Of a DNA stretch of 64,000 bases, positions 10,488-19,300 are shown one piece after another (position 1 is the first letter of the stretch; the number at the start of each line of letters is the position of its first letter). The position numbers were made by a program, and so were the translations under genes. This DNA is from Erythrobacter sp. SCN 62-14 (GTDB lineage: Bacteria > Pseudomonadota > Alphaproteobacteria > Sphingomonadales > Sphingomonadaceae), in NCBI GenBank assembly GCA_001724215.1, contig MEDW01000001.1, positions 64,725-128,724 of the forward strand. Direction: 5' to 3'. A model generated the notes under the pieces. It saw only the letters and a list, made by a program, of their open reading frames with translations, was not told where the DNA came from and searched no databases.

Positions 10488-10752
10488 CGAGAGCCTGGCG
10501 CTGATGAGGGCGCCGCGAGCGGAGCACATACCGGGCTGTGGCGCGCACTCTGGAGATTTGTAGCACCATAGCCCCCATTGCCCGTAAGCCTACCGCGATC
10601 TCTGCTTACCGATCCGCCCGCCTGTGGCGCTGCCGCGATGGGGCGGCCAGTATTTCTGTGCGGGCAAAGATTTCCACCGCGGCCTTGCCCGACACGATCG
10701 TGTGCGAGGGGCGGCAAGGCGCACAGCGTAGGTGCGCGCGCGAACCTCGCGT

Positions 10753-11319
10753 TCAGTCCTGCTGTTTGCCTTGTGGCACTGCAAAAGTGCCGGTTACGCG
10801 GCCGGGTCGGTTGCCTGCGCTCCCTCTGGCAGGAGCCCCATCGACACTGGACAGCCCGCTGTTGAGATCAATCACCAGCCGTCCGCCATTGAGCGTATCC
10901 GCGCCGCGCCGCAGCCGTACATTGCCAGCCATGGTGATGATGCGGCGGTCAAAGTCATAAATTGCCGTGTCGCCGCTGGCGCGTTCATTGCCGCGAGCAA
11001 TATCCACCCCGCCGCTGGCGGTGATCCGATCAATGCGCAGTTGGCCTGCGTCATCATAATTCACCAGCATGCGCGACGATTGCAATCTGAGACCGGCTTG
11101 TTCGACTCGGACATCACCGCTCAGGATGATGCGGTTTTCGCGGTCCTGCCATTCGATGCGTTCGGCTTCATAACTGACCGGTGCGCGCGAATCATGCGAG
11201 GCGATCGATTGCGCCTGACTGACAATACCGCCCATCAGCGCCAGTGTTCCGGCAAATCCTGCCAGCCCATAGGTCAGCGCGGTGCGGACCAGCCGCTTTT
11301 CGGGTAAGGCAAGCGTCAT
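10753..11319 (-). CDS. lptA: LptA/OstA family periplasmic LPS transport protein
   Basis: Signal peptide, beta-jellyroll pattern (SGDVRVEQ, ASGGV, GNVRLRRG, GGRLVIDL); directly downstream of lptC. Confidence 0.88.
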   Translation of the reverse strand: MTLALPEKRLVRTALTYGLAGFAGTLALMGGIVSQAQSIASHDSRAPVSYEAERIEWQDRENRIILSGDVRVEQAGLRLQSSRMLVNYDDAGQLRIDRITASGGVDIARGNERASGDTAIYDFDRRIITMAGNVRLRRGADTLNGGRLVIDLNSGLSSVDGAPARGSAGNRPGRVTGTFAVPQGKQQD

Positions 11320-11993
11320 TGCGGTATCCTCAATTGACCAGGAACCATCCGGGCGCGGGCTTCGCCTTCGAGTATCAAAACCCGCGCTTCGAGATCAGCG
11401 CGCATCGTGCGCGCAGAAAAAGTGCCAGCCGGGATTTCGCCCGAAACCCCGTCATCGCCTGTAATGGTCTGCTCCCTGAGATTGACCGCAACGCCCTTGG
11501 CCACCATCGAATAGCCATCGCTGGCGCTTAGCAAAACCGGCCCATCCACCCGCATCACTTCGCTGGCAATATCATAGGCGCCGCCCCCTGCGGTGATGCG
11601 TGCCGGGCCATCGCTGAGCATCATCTGCGCCACCAGATCGCGCATCCGCACCAAACCCTCGCTGCTTGATCGCTGCACCGCTTCACCTGCCATCACGGCA
11701 AAAGGTCGCCCATCATCATCGCGTCCGCGATACATTGCATTGTTGACGCTGAGACGCTCGTCAATCATCGCCACCTTGTTGCGATCAAGCAGGAAGCTCA
11801 CCTCACCGCGCGGCGCAAGCGGAGTGATAACCATCAGCGCCGCAACCACGCCCACTGCCATCGGCAAGAACCGCGCGAGAAAGCCCACCAGCCGATCATG
11901 CGATCCGCCGGGGGCAGCAAAGCTGCGCCGCCGGCTTCGCAGCGCGCTGGCCTCGCGGGTTTCCTGAGCGGCCATGCGGGAAGGGGAAGCCAT
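11316..11993 (-). CDS. lptC: LPS export ABC transporter periplasmic protein LptC
   Basis: A single N-terminal TM helix followed by YRGRDDDGRPF and a jellyroll; overlaps the lptA start. The true start may be 11975. Confidence 0.87.
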   Translation of the reverse strand: MASPSRMAAQETREASALRSRRRSFAAPGGSHDRLVGFLARFLPMAVGVVAALMVITPLAPRGEVSFLLDRNKVAMIDERLSVNNAMYRGRDDDGRPFAVMAGEAVQRSSSEGLVRMRDLVAQMMLSDGPARITAGGGAYDIASEVMRVDGPVLLSASDGYSMVAKGVAVNLREQTITGDDGVSGEIPAGTFSARTMRADLEARVLILEGEARARMVPGQLRIPQ

Positions 11994-12005
11994 CGAGTCT
12001 GGTGC

Positions 12006-12626
12006 CTACATGTGGCTGAAAATGTCGTGTTCGGCCCAGCCAGCCAGATCGAGCCGTGCGCGGGCGGGCAGAAAATCAAAGCAAGCCTGCGCCAGTTCCA
12101 GCCGGCCTTCGCGTTCGAGACGCACCACCAATTCATCGCGAAGGGCGTGCAGGTAGCGCACATCGCTGGCCGCGTAATCGCGCTGTGCCTCGTTGATCAC
12201 CGGCCCGCCCCAGTCCGAGCTTTGCTGCTGCTTTGAGATCGATTGGCCGAGCAATTCCTCGACGAGGTTCTTCAACCCATGCCGGTCGGTGTAGGTGCGC
12301 ACGAGTTTGCTGGCAATCTTGGTGCAAAACACCGGCGCGGCCAGCACGCCGAGGTAATGTTCGATCGCTGCCAGATCAAAGCGCGCAAAGTGATAGAGCT
12401 TCACCCGAGCAGGATCAGCCAGCACCGCTTTAAGATTGGGCGCATCATAATTGCTGCCGGGGTTGAAACGCACAAGATGTTCATCCCCTGTGCCATCTGC
12501 AATTTGCACCACGCACAGCCGATCACGCGCAGTGATGAGCCCCATGGTCTCGGTATCGACAGCGAGCGCGCTCGTGCCGGTGAGCACGCCTGCGGGCAAG
12601 TCTTCTTCATGAAAATGCACAGCCAT
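12006..12626 (-). CDS. rnd: Ribonuclease D family 3'-5' exonuclease
   Basis: DEDDy motifs: AVDTETMG, HFARFD, QSSDWG, YAASDV. Confidence 0.92.
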   Translation of the reverse strand: MAVHFHEEDLPAGVLTGTSALAVDTETMGLITARDRLCVVQIADGTGDEHLVRFNPGSNYDAPNLKAVLADPARVKLYHFARFDLAAIEHYLGVLAAPVFCTKIASKLVRTYTDRHGLKNLVEELLGQSISKQQQSSDWGGPVINEAQRDYAASDVRYLHALRDELVVRLEREGRLELAQACFDFLPARARLDLAGWAEHDIFSHM

Positions 12627-12688
12627 GCGCTTGCCCTAGAGAAGTTGGGGATAGAGGGAAAGAGCCAAGGCGTGTAGCAGGCGTGGAC

Positions 12689-13375
12689 ATGACAGCAGAG
12701 ACAATTCCCGAAAGCTGGCGCGCGGCGCTTGAACCGGTGCTGGCGAGCGCCGAGGCACGCAAGCTTGGTGGCTGGCTGCGGGCTGAGGAAGCGGCGGGCA
12801 AGGCGATTTTTCCGCCGCGCGGACAACGGCTGGCGGCGCTTTCCATGACGCCGCTTGAAGCAGTGCGCTGTGTGATTTTGGGCCAGGATCCCTATCATGG
12901 TCCGGGGCAGGCCAATGGACTTGCTTTTTCCGTTGCTCCCGGTGTGAAGGTGCCGCCTTCGCTGGTGAACATCTACAAGGAGCTGGAAAGCGATCTTGGC
13001 CTGCCGCGTCCGCTGCATGGCGACCTTAGCGGCTGGGCACGGCAGGGCGTGCTGCTTTTGAACAACACGCTGACAGTCGAGACGGGGCAGGCGGGTAGCC
13101 ATGCCGGGCGCGGGTGGGATCAGATCACCGATGCCTGTGTGGCTGCGGTCGCGGAAAATGGCCTGCCAACGGTGTTCATTCTGTGGGGCAGTCATGCCCG
13201 CAAGAAAGCCTCACGCGTGCCCGCTTTGGGGCGTTCATCGCACCATCTGGTGCTGATTTCGGCCCATCCCAGTCCGTTATCGGCGCATAATGGTTTCTTT
13301 GGCTCTCGTCCGTTCAGTCAGGCGAACAGCTTTCTCGAGCGCGCCGGGCGCGGGGCGATTGATTGGAGTTTGTGA
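12689..13375 (+). CDS. ung: Uracil-DNA glycosylase (family 1)
   Basis: GQDPYH, PPSLVNIYKEL, GVLLLN and HPSPLSA motifs. Confidence 0.97.
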   Translation: MTAETIPESWRAALEPVLASAEARKLGGWLRAEEAAGKAIFPPRGQRLAALSMTPLEAVRCVILGQDPYHGPGQANGLAFSVAPGVKVPPSLVNIYKELESDLGLPRPLHGDLSGWARQGVLLLNNTLTVETGQAGSHAGRGWDQITDACVAAVAENGLPTVFILWGSHARKKASRVPALGRSSHHLVLISAHPSPLSAHNGFFGSRPFSQANSFLERAGRGAIDWSL

Positions 13376-13377
13376 CG

Positions 13378-14187
13378 ATGCGTGATCTTGGGGATGATGT
13401 GGTGCTGCTGGATATTGCCGATGGCGTTGCGACAGTAACGCTCAACCGGCCTGAGGCGATGAATGCGCTCAATCGCGCGATGCGGCGGCGGCTTTATGAG
13501 GTGATGCGCGCGGTTGATGACGACGAAGCGGTGCGCGCGGTCATCCTGACGGGCGCAGGAACAAGGGCTTTCACCGCCGGGCTTGATCTCAAGGAATTGG
13601 GGAGCGAGGCAGGTGCACTGGGTAGCGCCAATGCCACTGACCCAGCCGTTAATCCGGTCAAAGCCATTGAAGGTTGCCGCAAACCGGTGATTGGCGCAAT
13701 CAACGGCGTGGCCATCACGGGTGGCTTTGAAGTGGCGCTGGCCTGCGATGTGCTGATCGCCAGCGAGAATGCGCGCTTTGCTGATACCCATGCGCGCGTG
13801 GGCATCATGCCAGGCTGGGGCCTGTCGCAGAAACTTTCCCGCATGATCGGAATTTCCCGTGCCAAGGAACTGTCATTCACCGGCAATTTCCTTGATGCGT
13901 CCAGCGCTCTGGCGTGGGGGTTGGTCAATCATGTGGTGGCGGCCGATGACCTGCTGCCGCTTGCCCGCAAGCTGGCGGGCGACATGGCAAGCATCGACCC
14001 TGCTTTCCTTGGAGCTTACAAACGGCTGATCGATGATGGCTTTGCCGGCTCGTTCGGTGATGGCATGACGCTTGAGGCTGAGCGTTCGAGCGCCGCTAAT
14101 TCGGCGGTTGCCCCTGAACAGGTCGAGGCCCGGCGGGTGGCTGTCCAGCAGCGCGGGCGTGGGCAGGCTGATACCAGTTTAGGCTGA
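13378..14187 (+). CDS. Enoyl-CoA hydratase/isomerase family protein
   Basis: TLNRPEAMNA, AFTAGLDLKE, AINGVAITGGFEVALACD, FADTHARVGIMPGWG. Confidence 0.93.
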   Translation: MRDLGDDVVLLDIADGVATVTLNRPEAMNALNRAMRRRLYEVMRAVDDDEAVRAVILTGAGTRAFTAGLDLKELGSEAGALGSANATDPAVNPVKAIEGCRKPVIGAINGVAITGGFEVALACDVLIASENARFADTHARVGIMPGWGLSQKLSRMIGISRAKELSFTGNFLDASSALAWGLVNHVVAADDLLPLARKLAGDMASIDPAFLGAYKRLIDDGFAGSFGDGMTLEAERSSAANSAVAPEQVEARRVAVQQRGRGQADTSLG

Positions 14188-14318
14188 TGTGAACCTGTGC
14201 ACTCGCTGCCTCACCACCCCATCTGACCACCATATCCTGTGGGTGTCATTGGTAGCGGGGTGGGCTGCGGGCTGGCAGGTATGGGGCAAGCTCTGCGAGA
14301 CGAGGTATTAGGCGGCTC

Positions 14319-14849
14319 TCACGAACAGCCGCCGGTGCGGCGGCCTGTGAGCTGCGAGATCAGCCGCAATTGCATCTCGCCGGTCTCATCTTCGCCGATC
14401 GTCTGCGATGCAAGGCTAAAGTTGTCTGCGGTGTAGCTGCCTTTGAGCGTGACTTTTGCTGTGCCGGGCGATCCCGAAGGCGGTGTACAGGCCAACTCGG
14501 CCTCAAGAGTGCCGCCTGATGCCTGCCACTTGGTGTAGGAGCACGTGCCGCCAAGCGTGTGGAACATCGCTGGCTGCGGACGTTGCTCGCTATCAGGGGT
14601 GAGGCAGGCGCTGCGCGGCTGGGCGTTTTTGGGATCCTTGGCCATTTTCTCGACCATGGATGCGGGCAGGCCGGGGATTTCGAGTTCCTCAATAGTGCTC
14701 ACGATTTCCCATCCACCGGGCGTCATCAATTCTGCGCTCGCATCGCTGCCGAGGGCCGGAGCCGTTGCCAACAACACGGCGCTGCCGCCAACAGCAGTCA
14801 TCGCAGCAGCAATGGCGCCGGCAGCGAGCGATTGGGGACGGGCAGTCAT
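14319..14849 (-). CDS. DUF3617 family secreted protein
   Basis: Signal peptide; PGGWEIVST...ACLT...CSY...GG...LAC...GSYT pattern with a terminal Cys. Confidence 0.78.
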   Translation of the reverse strand: MTARPQSLAAGAIAAAMTAVGGSAVLLATAPALGSDASAELMTPGGWEIVSTIEELEIPGLPASMVEKMAKDPKNAQPRSACLTPDSEQRPQPAMFHTLGGTCSYTKWQASGGTLEAELACTPPSGSPGTAKVTLKGSYTADNFSLASQTIGEDETGEMQLRLISQLTGRRTGGCS

Positions 14850-15094
14850 CGGACGTTCTCCTCAAGATGAGCGGATAGGCATTTGTAGCTGCCGTGCCTT
14901 GCGCGCGCCTCGCGTGTTTGCGGGATAGCGATGCGCAAAGTCATCACCCGAACTGCGACATTGTTTAATCGGTCAAGCGACGCTCTTGCCGCCGTGCAAG
15001 GCTTGCTTGCTTGCCTATCCCGTCATTGCGGGATGCTCTGCCCATCACCGGTGGGCTAGGTCGCGCCTCCAAGACAGGGGGTTACCGAACAGAA

Positions 15095-15175
15095 ATGACG
15101 ACAATTTTTGGCGGCTTTACCGCGCCAGCCGGTGCTTGTTGCGCCCACTGGCGGTGCCGGAGGGCAGGGGCGTGA
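15095..15175 (+). CDS. Candidate 26-aa leader peptide (uORF) MTTIFGGFTAPAGACCAHWRCRRAGA
   Basis: ATG at 15095. Its TGA (15173-15175) overlaps the GTG start of the next gene in a GTGA arrangement. The putative SD (GGGGG 15077-15081) is 13 nt away, so support is weak. Confidence 0.3.
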   Translation: MTTIFGGFTAPAGACCAHWRCRRAGA

Positions 15176-16290
15176 GCGCGGCTACTACCTACAGCCAGTC
15201 GGCAGGGCTGGCCGACCTTTTGGCCAGAGCCAATCTCTCGATTGCTTTCACCTCATACCAATCAGGGCTGCTCTATTTGCTGGGCCGTTCGCGCAGCGGA
15301 CTGCACTTGCATCAATGTGCAATCGAACGGCCGATGGGGCTTGCGCGTTGCGGCGAGCAAGGGCTGGTGGTGGCTGCCGGTCATCAGTTGATCCGCTTTG
15401 CCAATCCGCTAGCTCCGCACGAGCGGGTCAATGCTCAGTTCGATGCCTGTTATGCGCCGCGCATGGTGCACGTCACCGGGGAGGTTGATGCCCATGATGT
15501 CGGCATCACCGGTGATGGCGAGCTGCTTTTTGTCAACACCCGAATGAATTGTCTGGCTGCGCCCGATCCGGTGCACAGCTTTCGCGAGATCTGGCGGCCA
15601 TCCTTTATCTCGGCCTTGGTCGATGAGGATCGCTGCCACCTCAATGGCTTGGCGATGTGCGAGGGCGAACCGGCCTATGTCACCGCCGCCAGCCGTTCCG
15701 ACACCATCGATGGATGGCGCGACCGGCGCGCGTCAGGCGGCGTGGTTATAGATGTCCGGACGAGCCAAATCGTGTGCGAGGGGCTCTCAATGCCTCATTC
15801 GCCGCGTTGGCATGATGGCGAATTGTGGTTGCTGAACGCGGGCACTGGCGAATTGGGCGTGGTCGAGGGGCTGGCCAAAGGGGCTGGGCGGTTCGTCCCG
15901 CGGGTCTTCTGCCCCGGTTTTGTGCGCGGCCTGGCGTTTCATGGTGGCTATGCTTTCGTTGGCCTGTCCAAGCCGCGTTACCAGCGTTTCGAGGGCCTCG
16001 CTCTCGATCAGCGACTGGCCGATACTGATAGCGAGCCATGGTGCGGCATCCAGATCATCGACCTTGCGCGCAATGTCTGTGTCGAATGGTTTCGCATCGA
16101 TGGCGCGGTCGCTGAGCTTTACGATTTGGCGGCACTGCCCGGCGTCGAATGCCCCATGGCGATCAGTCTCAACACGCCTGAGGCGACAGGATTTGTGACC
16201 TGGGCGGGGCGCACGCCTGCAACTCCCACCATCCCCGATTCTGAGCCGGTGACTGGCAAGCCTGCCCAAGATGCTGGTTTTGCTGCTTAA
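15172..16290 (+). CDS. TIGR03032 / DUF4915 family protein (uncharacterised, predicted beta-propeller, no signal peptide)
   Basis: Family motifs AFTSYQSG, TGEVDAHDV, EDRCHLNGLA, GLSMPHSPRW, FCPGFVRGL, VGLSKPR, ELYD. GTG start chosen from GGAGG upstream and the start of family similarity; the ORF track's 14986 start is probably too long. Confidence 0.9.
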   Translation: MSAATTYSQSAGLADLLARANLSIAFTSYQSGLLYLLGRSRSGLHLHQCAIERPMGLARCGEQGLVVAAGHQLIRFANPLAPHERVNAQFDACYAPRMVHVTGEVDAHDVGITGDGELLFVNTRMNCLAAPDPVHSFREIWRPSFISALVDEDRCHLNGLAMCEGEPAYVTAASRSDTIDGWRDRRASGGVVIDVRTSQIVCEGLSMPHSPRWHDGELWLLNAGTGELGVVEGLAKGAGRFVPRVFCPGFVRGLAFHGGYAFVGLSKPRYQRFEGLALDQRLADTDSEPWCGIQIIDLARNVCVEWFRIDGAVAELYDLAALPGVECPMAISLNTPEATGFVTWAGRTPATPTIPDSEPVTGKPAQDAGFAA

Positions 16291-16317
16291 TTCCATATAG
16301 TTTCAAGGAGTTTTCCC

Positions 16318-19300
16318 ATGAGCCCGATTACCAAAGCCGCTGCTGGTTTTGCCAGCATTACCCTGCGCGGCGGACGCATCACCAAGTGGCATGGGCAGGC
16401 CGCCAGCTGCGCCCCGCAGGTCGGCAGCCTTGGCACGGGCGCTATCGCTGCTTCGGCCAGCACGCTGGCGATTGGCGCTGCGCTGGGTGCTGTGATGCTG
16501 ACGCCTTCGGCAGCGCAAGCGGGCCAATGCGCCGAGACAGTGCCGGGTTCGCTGGTGTTTGAATGCACCGGGCCAGAAAATGCTTCGAACGACGTAACGC
16601 AGTTGCTGGTGGCTGCTGCGGGCGAATCGGTGCTGATTGAGACTCAGCCGGGCTTCGGCCTGGCTGTTTCGGGCAGCCCTGCCTTTGATATCACCGGAGC
16701 ATCCGGCAGCGGATCGATCACATTGCGTGATCGGAACAACAACGCGAGCCGCTTTTTGGGGCGCGGCGGCATTACCATCAATCACAGCGGCACCGGTGCC
16801 GTCGATCTTGAAGTCAGCGCTTTGGTTCTCGGCACGCAGGTCGGCAGTAGCATCTTCGTGGATAGTCGGGGCAGCGGGATCAGTGTAGTCGCACGCGAGG
16901 TGTCAGCGCCGCGCGGCGTTTATGTGATCGGCCGTGGCACGGGCGACATATCGATCACCACGACGGGCCTTGTCACCGGAACCGTGTTTGAAGGCATCTA
17001 CGCAGCGACCACCAGCTCAACCGGTGCGCTGAGCATAACGGCCAATGATGTCACGGGCGGCAGCGATGCAATCCGCGCTTCTGCCAGCGGCGCGGGCGCC
17101 ACCACCATCACAACCACCGGCACGGTAGCAGGCGGCACCAATGGCATCGCGGTGCGCGATTATGGCCCGGGCGATCTGATGATCACCACCAGCGGCGCGG
17201 TGTCCGGCGGTGCCAATGGCATCCTGATATCGGATTATGGCGCGGGCAATATTGTGGTGAACGCCACCGGTCCGGTCTCAGCCACTAATGTTGCCGGCAT
17301 CAATATCGACAAGGAATTTGCCGGCGCGCGTCTGGGCGACATCACCGTGAACGCTGTTGATACCAGCAGCATCTTTGGCATTCGCGTCCGCCAGAATGGG
17401 ACGGGCGATCTTTCGATCACTTCGACAGGCACGGCCACGGGCCTTGGCAATGGCATCGGGATTGAAGCCTTTTCATTGGGCGGCGATGTCACGATTGCCT
17501 CGCAGACTGCAACCGGTGGCTATACGGGCATCAGGGTGCGCGGCGGCATCGGAGAGACCAGCATCACCGCCGACACCACCACGGGCGGAGCCTATGGGAT
17601 CAAGGCCTATTCGGGTGGAACTGGCGGCTTGGCCATCACCACGTCGGGCGTCACCACCGCGACCAACGCTACTGATGGCACCGCCATTCAAGCCGACAGC
17701 AACGGCTCGCTTGCGATCACCACGAATGGCGCCACGATCGGCGGCGCGCGCGGTATCGCCTTCTCGCAGGTGGGCGCTGCCACCATCACGACCAATCAGG
17801 CAGTTGAAGGCACGAGCGCAGCCGGGATTGAGGGCAATATTGGCCAATACGGCTATGGCTCAGGCGGCACCACCACCATTACCTCCAATGCCGCTGTGCG
17901 CGGCGGCACGGATGGTATCCTTATCCGCGATTACGGCACAGGCGATGTTCAGATTACCGCTTCGGGCGATGTGACCGGCACCAGCGGCTCTGCTATCCGC
18001 GTTATCAAGGATTACGCCGGCGCGCGCCTTGGCGATATTGCGATCAGCGCGGTAAACACCAGCGGCGGCGCTTCGGGGATCGAGGTCTTCCAGCAGGGCG
18101 AAGGCGCGCTTTCGATCACGTCGACCGGCACAGCGAACGGCGCAGGCGTGCATGGCATCAACGCCAATTCCTATGGCAATGGTCTCACCATTACCTCGCA
18201 AGAGGCAGTGGGCGCGAACACCGGCATCCGCCTCGCCGCTTTTGGTGCGACTGGTGCGGATAGTGTGACTTCGCACACCGCCACCGGCGGCCAGTCGGGC
18301 ATTGTTGCAGGCTCGGCCAGCCGCGATGGGCTGACAGTCACCACCACCGGCGCCACGACAGGAGGCAGCGGCACAGGCCTGGTCGCGAGCAACAGCAGAG
18401 GCGATGTGGTGATCAATGCCCAGGGCGCGGTGAGCGGCGGCTATGACGGGATTTTCGGCAGCTCCAATGATGGCAGCGGCACGCTCACCATCACTGCGAG
18501 CGCGCCTGTCACCGGCACGGCGCGTCACGGCATCGCGGCCTATGCCCAGCGCAATGCGGCGGCGCGCATTGAAATTACCGCAGGCGATGTGAGCGGCGGC
18601 GAAAGCGCTATCTTCGCCTATGCCGATCCGGTGAACGGTATTGCGATCACGCTCAGCGGCACGGCGCAAGGCGGCAGCGGAGCGGCGATTGATACGATCA
18701 CGGGCGCAGGCGCGCTTTCGACCATCACCATCACCGATACCGCAGGGGCGCTGGCGGGCTCTTCGGGCGTTGCGATCCGCAATGATGCGGGCGACTCGCT
18801 GGTTGATGTCGCTGGCACAATCGGCGGCGATGTGCGGCTCGGCGAAGGGTCGGACACGCTCAATATTGCGGCAGGCGCCGTGCTGCAAACCGGGTTGGTG
18901 CTGGATGGCGGGGACACCGCCTCGGCAGCCGATGGCATGATCGACACGCTCAATTTCAACGGCTGGAATGGGGTTCTGGCAGGCAGCAACCTTACCAATT
19001 GGGAAGCAATCAATCTGAACACCGGAACAGAGCTGCGCCTGACCGGCGGCACGCTTGTCACGGGCGATGCAGGCGATCTGGCGACCGGCCTGTTTGTGAA
19101 CACGGGTGCGACGCTGGATCTGGGCGGGGTGGGCCTCGCCCTGACCGGCAATCTGTTTAATGATGGCACGATCACCATGGCAAATGGCATAGCGGGCGAT
19201 GTGCTGGCGGTGTCGGGCGATTACGTCGGCACGGGCAACGGGGTGATCGGACTCGACACCAATTTCTTCACCAACATTTCCGACCGGCTAACGGTAGGCG

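Noticed and set aside
10481-10717. 78-aa minus-strand ORF downstream of lptA
   Set aside because: TTG start without SD, low-complexity translation, no motif; treated as non-coding.
14933-15089. Resemblance to a c-di-GMP-I (GEMM) riboswitch: GCGCAAAGTC ... GGGGTTACCGAA
   Set aside because: The two fragments are about 140 nt apart, far more than the usual P2 arm, and I find no upstream GGCAAA/GNRA P1 element. An Infernal scan would settle it.
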